A DNA stretch of 17,985 nt from NCBI GenBank assembly GCA_000388065.2, contig KB932207.1. The stretch is one strand, 5' to 3'. Of the stretch, positions 1 to 8,153 are shown one piece after another. The position numbers were made by a program, and so were the translations under genes. This stretch comes from Fonticula alba ATCC 38817 (lineage: Eukaryota; Protista; Nucleariida). Every line of letters begins with the position of its first letter. The first letter of the stretch is position 1. The notes below the pieces were generated by a model. It was given only the letters and a program-made list of their open reading frames with translations, was not told the origin of the DNA and did no database searches.

Positions 1-1
1 G

Positions 2-373
2 TGCTACTTCATCGGCGCCACCGATGACGCGGCCACCTCCATCCTTCGGACGTCGGTGGCCACGCCGCTCGCGTCGCACCTCCCGCACACCCTGGTGTGC
101 GAGCGGCTCAAGAAGACCGACAGCCAGATCTGCGAGCTGTCGTACACCTCCTTCACCGGCACCGGCGGCGGCGGCGAGGGCGATGCCAATGGCACCGGCG
201 AGGGTGGCTCCATCTCCCTCAAGGACATGACCGACGACAAGATGAAGAAGATGCGCGTGCGCGACATCCGCCGCGCCGCCGCCGCCCTCGGCGTCAAGTG
301 TGAGGGCTGCCTCGAGAAGGGCGACTACGTCAGCGCCATCCGCGCCCAGCGCGACAAGAAGACCGAGCTCTGA
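2..373 (+). CDS. MANF: MANF/ARMET/CDNF-family ER-resident protein, 5'-truncated by the window edge (C-terminal 123 aa)
   Basis: Frame 2 reads [48 protein letters not shown]...KKMRVRDI...[10 protein letters not shown]...KTEL*. This closely matches human MANF [47 protein letters not shown]...KKLRVKEL...CKGCAEKSDY...RTDL. CxxC at 299-310; KDEL-like KTEL at 359-370; stop at 371-373. The ORF-track start at 56 is not the real start. Confidence 0.93.
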   Translation, partial: [123 protein letters not shown]

Positions 374-683
374 GCAGGCGAGACTCCCTCCTCTCCCACG
401 GCCGGGGGGGGGGCCCATCTCCACCCCGCGGCCCGCGGCCGGCGGCCAAGCCAAACGGGGGAGTTTGTGTCCGCATATACGCGAGACGCGGGCAACCTCC
501 CCGCTTTGTGCTCCCCCAGCTGTCTTTCCCTGCGCGAGAAATACACCACTCCCTTGCCTCTCCCTCTCCCTCTCCCTCTCCCTCCCCCATGCCCGTGTGC
601 TCGCGCGTGTTGCGTCTGACTCACAAGGACAGCTGTTTCCATTGCCGGCACGGAGGCCCATCACGGCCACCCCTCCCCCACAC

Positions 684-1100
684 TCAGGGGGAGTTGTTTT
701 CGGCCATCGAGCGCAGGCGGGCCTCCACGGCCAGACGCCGGCGTTCGCGCTCTTCGGGCGAGTTGGCACTCGGCCGTGCAGGGGCCGGGGCCGGGGCCGG
801 GGCCGGAGACGGGGTGGGGCTCGGGGCCGGGCCTGGCCGCGGGGTCGGCCGCGACCCGGGCGGCTTCGCGGCGGTCGGCCGCGCCGGCGCATATCCAACG
901 GGCTCGTCCAGGCGCTGGCCCACCAGCGGCGACCCCTGAGCACGGAGGTTGGTCCGTCGGATGCGGTCCCGGATGTCCTTGGAGGACAGGCGCCCGAGCT
1001 CGGAGCTGCGTGGCCCGGGGGCTGACCCGCCGGCCGGGCGCAGGAGCAGCGCCGACTGGATGAGATCCACATCGGCCGCCGGGGTGGTGGTGGTGGTGGT

Positions 1101-1133
<33 letters not shown>

Positions 1134-2917
1134 ACCCGTAGCGGAGCCTGGCCCTGGCGGCGGGGGAGCCACCGCCTGCAGGTACGACTGGCGATCCAGC
1201 GGCCCCGGAGACACGCGGCCCGCGCGCGCCCAGTCCCACCGGCCCGGGTGCCGGGCCCAGGCCCGGCAAAAGGCCGCGCGCACCTCCTCCGATGCTGCGT
1301 CCTCGAAGGGGGTCTGGCGGCGAAGGTCAGTTAGAACAGGCCGAGGACATTGGGATCGTGGGGGTCTTCCGCCTGCCCCGGGCCCCACGCGCCCTGCACC
1401 TGGCTTCGGCCGTGTGATGGGGGGGGGGGGGGAGAGGCCATGCGGGCGAAGGGCGACATGCGCAGGCGGCAGATGAAACGCACCACGCGGGCACTGGCAC
1501 CGGACGCGCGGGTCATGCGCGGATCAAAGCCGACTTCCAGCAGGATGGAGCACACCTGGTGCGAGGATGAGGAGGCCGCCTCATGCAGGAGATTCTGGGA
1601 AATGGAGCCAAAAGTACACACACACACACACTCGGAGTCAGACAAAAGCCAAGGAGAGGGCAGGGGGATCCGCCAAGCCGAGGGGGGGAAAGAGGGGCCG
1701 GCACACAGCCGCCGGCCAGCACGCACCCCACCATCAGGCTCGCAGTGGGCAAGGAGGCGGTCAAGCAGGGCGGCCTGCTCCGGGGTCCGGGTCGGGGTCA
1801 CTCGGGCCACGAACTCCTCGGCCGCCAGCTCCGCATCTTCGGCGGGCGCCTTGACAACCTCTATCCCGAGGGCCAGAAGCTCGGAGCGCAGGACACCGGT
1901 GGACTTGCGCGCCACTGCCCGACGCAGCCGGCGGACAATCTGCTGGACCTTGGCCAGGAGCGGATCCGCGGGGGTTTCAGCCGATGCCGGGGGCTCAGCT
2001 GTCACAGGGGCCGCCGCCACCGCCACAGGCAGAGGACCGGCGGGCTCGGGGGCAGCGGGCTCCGGTGGCGTCCGGGACACGGTCACCACCGCCAGCTCCT
2101 CCGCAATGCGCTGGAGCTCGTCCACCTTCGGCCGACTGGTGGACATCGGTACCGGGAGGATATTGTCTACCATGCCACCAGGGGAGGGGGGGAGGAGCGT
2201 GTGTCAGGAGTCAGCTTGGCGGAGGTGTGTGTGTGTGTGCGTGTGTCTGTGGGTGTGCGCGTGCGGGACCGTGCAGGCCCCCGCGAGGGCAGTCACACTG
2301 CCCCAGACGGAAGGTGCGCAGAGAGACAGGCAGGAGGGGACAAGAAAAAGAAAAAGGAAAGAGGGCGGCAACATTCGCACCAAATTGCCCGAGCAGCGAG
2401 TGCGCCATCCGTCGATAGTCCCCGAGAGCCACTAAAAAGAGGCCAACTTCCGGCTTGACCGCCGACCAGGCACTTCCCGGCCCGGTCAGGTACTGGGCCA
2501 CGTCTGCGCGCCAAAGGCGCTCATTTTCACGGCGCATCTGCGCACCGGCACTCTGCGCGGCCGAGCCCTTGGCATCGTGCGCCAGCTGCGAGCCACCCTG
2601 CTTGCGCCGGGTGGTGTAACGCACAAAGGTACAGGGGGCCGGCTGCCGGGACACCGCCGGGCCGTTGAAGGCCGCCGACGCATAGCGCCCACTCTGCATC
2701 ATCATCACGGCGAACCGGTGCGTCTGCGGGTCGCGCGTTGCCGCCAGGAAGGCTCGCACCAATTGCATCTCAAAGTATTGCACGGCCCCGGGCAGGCCAT
2801 GGGCCTCGGCATGCGCCAGGAGGTCTGAAAAGGGGGCGGGGGGAGAAGGAGGAGGAAGAAGCCGCGCATCTTGGTCGTCAGCGACAGCAGCAGCAGCAAC
2901 AGTAGCAACAGTAGCAG

Positions 2918-2992
<75 letters not shown>

Positions 2993-3005
2993 CAGCAGCA
3001 GCAAC

Positions 3006-3048
<43 letters not shown>

Positions 3049-4160
3049 ATAGAAGCACAAAGAAGCGCATGCCCCTCCCCATCCTCACCGAGGCACGACA
3101 ATGGAGAAAGAAAAATGCAGGCCACCAGCTGACCGACACGCACCGGCATAGGAGCGGGACTTCGGCGAGAAGCGTGGCTCCACGAGGAAGCGATACAGTG
3201 TGATGTAGTGGCGGTCGCCGGGGGTGCCGTCCGGCGGGCGCACTGCCAGTGTGATTTTCGGCGACCGAAGAAGCCCCCGGAACCAGTAGTGATTGTCCCC
3301 CGGGTCGCCGTCGGCCGTGGGGACCGGCAAATTGGACGCCTGGAGCGAGGTGCGGCCGAAGTGCTCATCATCCCCGGCGGCATGGTCCTCCTCGTCCTCT
3401 TCGGCCTCCTCGTCGTCGTCCTCTTCGTCGTCGTGATCCAGCGAGGCGTCCGAGCCGTCACTATTCTCATCGGCCGAGGAGGAGGATCCCGTCATGAGGT
3501 GGTCACTCGCCGGTCCATCGGAGAGACCGTCGTCGCCGGACAGCGAGCCCCGGGGCTGCGTATCGTCTGAGGAGCGCGGCCGGCGTCAGCCATGGGGCGC
3601 ACTTTGCCCGGCATGTGGGCAGATCAAAGGCACAGGGCAGTGCCGGAGGCGGGAGAGGCACAGCAGCGCGGGTAATCAGGCTGCCCGGATCGACACGCAC
3701 CAGGGTTTCCCACCAAGACAGGCGCCAGGCCATGGCGCTTGCGCTGCATGTTGGCCAGGTGCACTGGGTCCCGGGAGAAGTGCATCCGCTGCTCGGCCAC
3801 CGAGGAGAACTCCTCGACGCCGCACAGGAGGCACGAGAGGGCCGCCATCTCCGGGTGCCGGGGGGCAGCCGCCGGGGAGATGGCCGCCGGCGGAGCGGCC
3901 ACGGGCGGGGCTCTCGTCGCCGATGAGGCCGGCGTGGGGACCTGGTCCGCGGCCAGGCGCGCTGGCAGGTGGCCGAGCTCAATGCGCTGGTCATACTCGT
4001 GGATGGTGACCAGGGAGGCGGCGTCGCGATGCGTCAACGCCGAGACCACGGCCAGGCGGTCGTGGTCGTGCATGCGTGGCGATCGCTTCGGCGGCTTGAC
4101 CATCTCGAAGATCGACATCCGGAAGGTCGTCCTCGGCGGCTGTTCGAGGGGGGGAGCCAT
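684..4160 (-). CDS. ANKZF1: VMS1/ANKZF1 (ribosome quality-control peptidyl-tRNA release factor, Cdc48/p97 cofactor); 6 exons: 4160-3701, 3566-3144, 2824-2381, 2166-1727, 1594-1484, 1313-684; 2508 nt, 835 aa
   Basis: C2H2 finger CLLC...EQRMHFSRDPVHLANMQRKRHGLAPV (3759-3833). VLRF1 domain FAVMMMQSGRYASAAF...TFVRYTTRRKQGGSQ...QSAGAQMRRENE (GGSQ at 2586-2597). NILPVPMSTSRPKVDELQRI resembles human DIPLATRRPTFQELQRV. Ankyrin repeat LLHEAASSSSHQVCSILLEVGFDP, then TPFEDAASEEVRAAFCRAWARHPGRWDWARA and a C-terminal VIM-like RERRRLAVEAR. All five GT-AG introns join in phase (1,1,1,0,0). Confidence 0.92.
1314..1483 (-). other. ANKZF1 intron 5 (170 nt, phase 0)
   Basis: Donor G|GTGCGT at 1483, branch CTAAC/CTGAC at about 1326-1334, acceptor CAG at 1316-1314; joins GASARV-TPFEDAA. 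Confidence 0.85.
1595..1726 (-). other. ANKZF1 intron 4 (132 nt, phase 0)
   Basis: Donor G|GTGCGT at 1726, CTGAC branch candidate, acceptor CAG at 1597-1595; joins EPDGG-NLLHEAA and restores the ankyrin repeat. The length is a multiple of 3 and has no in-frame stop, so retention would keep the frame. Confidence 0.75.
2167..2380 (-). other. ANKZF1 intron 3 (214 nt, phase 1)
   Basis: Donor G|GTGCGA at 2380, two CTGAC branch candidates at about 2202-2214, acceptor TAG at 2169-2167; joins ...LLGQF-D-NILPVP. Confidence 0.8.
2825..3143 (-). other. ANKZF1 intron 2 (319 nt, phase 1), containing a triplet microsatellite
   Basis: Donor G|GTGCGT at 3143, branch CTGAC at 2881-2877, pyrimidine tract, acceptor CAG at 2827-2825. 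An alternative in-frame AAG lies at 2872-2870. Confidence 0.78.
2885..3046 (+). repeat. Compound (CAG/CAA/TAG)54 triplet microsatellite; CUG/UUG-rich on the ANKZF1 transcript
   Basis: 162 nt of cag/caa triplets with occasional tag, lying inside intron 2. Confidence 0.95.
3567..3700 (-). other. ANKZF1 intron 1 (134 nt, phase 1)
   Basis: Donor G|GTGCGT at 3700, branch CTGAC at 3589-3585, acceptor CAG at 3569-3567; splicing restores the frame. Confidence 0.85.
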
Positions 4161-4166
4161 GCTGTG

Positions 4167-4192
<26 letters not shown>
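4167..4192. repeat. (GT)13 microsatellite directly upstream of the ANKZF1 ATG
   Basis: Perfect GT run ending 6 nt from the start codon (CA-rich 5' leader on the minus strand). Confidence 0.9.
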
Positions 4193-4197
<5 letters not shown>

Positions 4198-4521
4198 TGT
4201 GTGTGGATGGGACCAAGGTTGGTGGCAGGGAGAGAGGGGGGAGGGGAGGGGGGAGGCGGGTGTGTTTGTCGGGGCCGAAGGCCGGATGCCAGGGCGCACG
4301 AGTGCACAGGTCGGTCCGAGCAGGTCCCCTTATGTGGTTCACGTGCGGGGGGGGGGGGGGGGCGGGGGCCGCGCAGGTCGATTCGGCAAAGGGGCTTTTG
4401 GGCGGGGGTTTTTGGGGGGGCCCCCCCCCCCCCCCCGCCGCGGCCCCTCGACGGATGGCCCCGGTCCAGCGGGCGCCCCTCCCCGGCCCAGCCGCGTTGC
4501 GTCATGCAGGCGACGGCCGGA

Positions 4522-4615
4522 CGCAAGAGCAATGCGTGATTGGTCTCCCGGCGGGACCAATGCNNNNNNNNNNCGCAAGAGCAATGCGTGATTGGTCTCC
4601 CGGCGGGACCAATGC
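4522..4615. other. 10-N scaffold gap (4564-4573) flanked by an exact 42-bp duplication (4522-4563 = 4574-4615), probably an unmerged contig overlap
   Basis: Identical CGCAAGAGCAATGCGTGATTGGTCTCCCGGCGGGACCAATGC abuts both sides of the Ns. Confidence 0.85.
4539..4561. promoter_or_regulatory. Imperfect palindrome with two inverted CCAAT boxes, candidate promoter element
   Basis: ATTGGTCTCCCGGCGGGACCAAT: the arms ATTGGT(CT)CCCG and CGGGACCAAT are complementary apart from a 2-nt bulge. It lies about 380 bp upstream of the ANKZF1 ATG. Confidence 0.35.
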
Positions 4616-5809
4616 TGTTTGTCTTCGAGCCTCCTCCGCCCCCCCCCCGGGTGGTTTTCCCCCCCCCCCCCCCCCCCCGCCGCCCCCCTCGCCGTGCCCG
4701 CCGCGCCCGCGTCCACGTCCGTCGTCAGGCTCCAATGGAGCGCCGGGCGCATGTGCGGAGGGAGCCGCGGTGCCCGATGGGCTACCAACGCATGGGCACA
4801 TGCAGGATTGCCACTTAATCGGAATACCATCAGTCCGATCCTAAAGGCCGCAGGCGGCATTGTGTTACCCCACAACCCGCAGCGCCGCGGATCGTGGTCG
4901 GCGTCGCGGGTGGCGGGCCGCGTGCCCCGCCTCCCTCCGCCCCCCTGTGTGGTCGCCCCTCGGACCTCTGGGTCACCTGGCCTTCCCGAATCGCCTGCCT
5001 CAGCATTCCCCGACTTATGGTGCTTTCCCCCGGTCTCTGCAGGGGCAAGGGCCTGACTAGGATCCCCGCCAAAGGCCGAGCCTCCGTGCCACTGTCCAGC
5101 CAGCCACGCTTTCTATCGCACACGCGCACACGGGGCCCACCTGCCTGCCGCTGTGTCCCCCTCGCCCTCTTTCACTGGCTCTACCTGTTGGGCGCTGTCC
5201 GGCGAAAAAAAAGAGCAGCGCGTTGTTCACATGGTGATATCTATTGTGCTTGTTATGGCGCGCGGTGGCGGTAGGACGCGTGCATGCCCCTCCACCCCCC
5301 GAGGCCGGGCGTTTGCTCGCCTTGGCGGCCTGGTGCGTATATCGCAGGAAAGAGACAAGAGGGGGCATGCGCGAGAGAGGGCGGCTCCGCCCGGCCCCTA
5401 AAGCGGTGGCATCACAGGACCAGGGGTGGCTCCGCCTCCCCCCCCCCCCCCCCCACCCCCCCCCCCGCCCCCGTTTTGATGGAAAAGTGCTCGCTAGCCA
5501 CGGGCCCCGGAGGGAGAGAAGCAAGGGCCGAGGGGCAACTCGTGCACCCAGCAGCCCGGGAAGTTCTGCCGAGTGGCAAGTCCCTTGGCCAGAGAAGGGC
5601 TCCGGGGAGAGCTCAGGGAACGAGGAGCATCAGCATGCTGCCTTTGCCTGTCCCCCGGCCCCCGGCAGTTGGCGGCATCGGGGGAGGGAGGGACAAGCGC
5701 GGCGATCTCCACGTCCGGCCAGTAGTGGCAGGGAGGGGGAGATGCCGTGTGCGTGTATGCGTCCGCGGCGCGCCGCATGCACCCGCATATGTGTGTGTCC
5801 CCCCCGCCT

Positions 5810-5810
<1 letters not shown>

Positions 5811-5848
<38 letters not shown>
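5811..5848. repeat. C38 homopolymer
   Basis: 38 consecutive C, counted. Confidence 0.95.
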
Positions 5849-5849
<1 letters not shown>

Positions 5850-5953
5850 CTCGTCCCCCCAGATCGCCCCTGGGATCCGGCCGAGCGTGATGGGAATCGA
5901 GATACATGGCAAGGACAGACACACACATACCCCCTGTCTCTGGGGACCGCGCC

Positions 5954-7072
5954 TCAAGAGAGCGGCTGAGTGGGCCCCAGGTCCAGGGCCGACACGTCGG
6001 GGTCGTGCCACAGCCAGGCCCGGGGGATGGGGGTGACCCCGTCCAGTCCGGGGCCGCTCATGAGGATGAGGGCCGACGTGTCGCCCCGAAGGATGTCCTC
6101 GCCGCGGCTGGCCGGCTCGACGGTCAGGTCGCGCCGGGGGAAGTTCCGCCAGGTGGAATGCCGAATGGGCAGCTCGGCCCGGAGCCCGGCGTCGGGGGTG
6201 CACACCGGCTGCCTGGCGCCGCCGGGGGTGGCGTCGGTGTTCCCCCCTGCCGGGGGCTGGGGGGTGGCCGCGTCGCCGCCGCCGCCGCCGCCGGGCCCGG
6301 GGGCCGACTCGCCGGGGCCGTCGTCGGTGTGGTCCTCGCCGAAGGTCGGGCCGGCTGGCGGCTTTTCGACCTTGGCATTGGAGGGGCATGCGGTGACGGC
6401 CCCGGCTCGGCCGTCCATGTAGGCCACACGCAGACGGTGCCACCCCCGGGCCAGGCCGACGGTCCAGCTGCCCCAGCCGGACCGCGTCAGGGTCCACGGG
6501 TCGGCCTCGATGCAGGAGGCCACCGGGATGCCGATGGCCGTGTCGGCCGTGTGCAGGGGCATCCACCCTTCGCGATCGGCCCGGTCGGAGTAGCCGGTCT
6601 CGGGGAAGCGCTCCAGCGGGGTGAAGATGTCCTGGTTGTTGCCGGTCCCGCCGCGGGCCACCTCGTCGATGGTCGGGTCGCCGCGGTGACGAACGGACTT
6701 GGCCCCGCCGGAGGCCGCGTCCGGGAGCTGGAACCCCGGGCTCATGCGGTACAGCCAGAGGCGGATGTGCTCGGCCGACCCGGCATCATGGGGGTTCAGC
6801 AGGGACGGGTCGAAGTGGAAGGTGTACAGCCCGGCTTGGGGGATGGCCAGCATGCCGTCCATGACATACAGCACGGCCGGGGCCTGGTCCAGCGGGAACT
6901 GCCACCGGGTGGCCAGCATGTCGAAGCGGTCCGGGATGAAGGGATTGGCGGCCTCGGGCTCGGCGCGTGGCTGCTTCGCCTGCGCCGGCGGCCGGTGGCC
7001 CTGGGGCCGGTCGTCGTCGGCCGCCGATGCGCCGGTGGCGGCCGTCATCAGCTTCTTCTTGTGCCCCTGCGG

Positions 7073-7111
<39 letters not shown>

Positions 7112-8122
7112 GGCGCGCAGCAGGGCCGCCGCGTCCGACCGCACACTGACCCCATTGGCGGGCGGGGTGTCGAGGTCCGGCCGGGTGGTCGGCCGGATGT
7201 AGGTGTCCGGCAGGGTGATGGCCGGTGGCTGGCCCTCGCCGCCGATCCCCTGCGGCAGGGGGAGGTCCGGGTCCCGGCGACCGAGCCACCGGGTCTCCAC
7301 GGCCCGGCGCAGGGCCCCGTCCAGGGGGGCCGGGCTGCTGGTGGCCCACCCGGGCCCGAGGACCAGCCCGTGCGTGGCCGGGGCCAAGGGGTCCAGGGCC
7401 GCCGCGCGGAGGAAGTCCTCCTGGTGGACCCCCTCGCCGACGAGCCGGACGCCCGGCTCGCCGAGGGTCATGATCCGGCTCTCAAAGCCAAATAGCGCCC
7501 GCGCGGCCAGGCCCTTGCGCAGGCCGGCCTTCGTGGCGTCCGACTGGATGAGCTTGGCGTCCTTCTCGCGCTGGGCCGCCTCGCGCGTCAGCGGCCCGGG
7601 GGCCGGGGCCACCTCGGCCGAGGCGGCCACAGCCATGGCGCCGTGCGGCTGCTGCGGCTGCTGCGGCTGCTGCTGCTGCTGCTCCTCATCTTCCGCTTGC
7701 TCCTCGGTCCGCCGGGCAGCCGGGCCTGTGTCCGGCCGGAGCGGGGGCATTTCCCTGTGCGCGACCAGCAGCGGGGACAGATCGGCCCCCCTGCCGGGGC
7801 CGGCCATGGCGGCAGATGCGACGGCGGCCGGGCGCCCGCGCGGCGGCGAACCCGGCGCCGCCGGCACCGGCGACCACGCCGACACCGGCACCAGATCCGG
7901 GCTCAGGAGATCGGTCAGATGGTCGAAGTCGCTTGGCTGCCGGGAGAAGCGCCCGGCGGTGCCCGGCTCCTCGGGCCCCGGGGCCCGGGCGGGACATGGC
8001 GTCGGCGTCGAGGACGGGTGCCCGGGCCGGCCGCCGCCGGCCGGCATCTTCGGCACCAGCGCCAGCCAGGGGGACGACGGGGCCGACTGGTCGCCGGCCA
8101 AGTCGGCGGCCACCGCTGCCGG

Positions 8123-8153
<31 letters not shown>

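Noticed and set aside
373-684. Functional clustering of MANF and ANKZF1 (both proteostasis genes, tail to tail)
   Set aside because: Convergent adjacency of two genes in a compact eukaryotic genome is expected by chance, and no shared regulatory element is visible.
2705-3203. Poly-Leu, poly-Cys, poly-Ser and poly-Ala/Val ORFs
   Set aside because: These are alternative-frame translations of the intronic triplet microsatellite.
4522-4615. 42-bp direct repeat as a target-site duplication or duplicated enhancer
   Set aside because: Both copies abut a 10-N gap exactly, the usual sign of an unmerged contig overlap.
4841-4867. LKAAGGIVL resembling a NUDIX N-terminal strand
   Set aside because: No downstream NUDIX box (G-x5-E-x7-REuxEE) was found in any plausible frame or splice.
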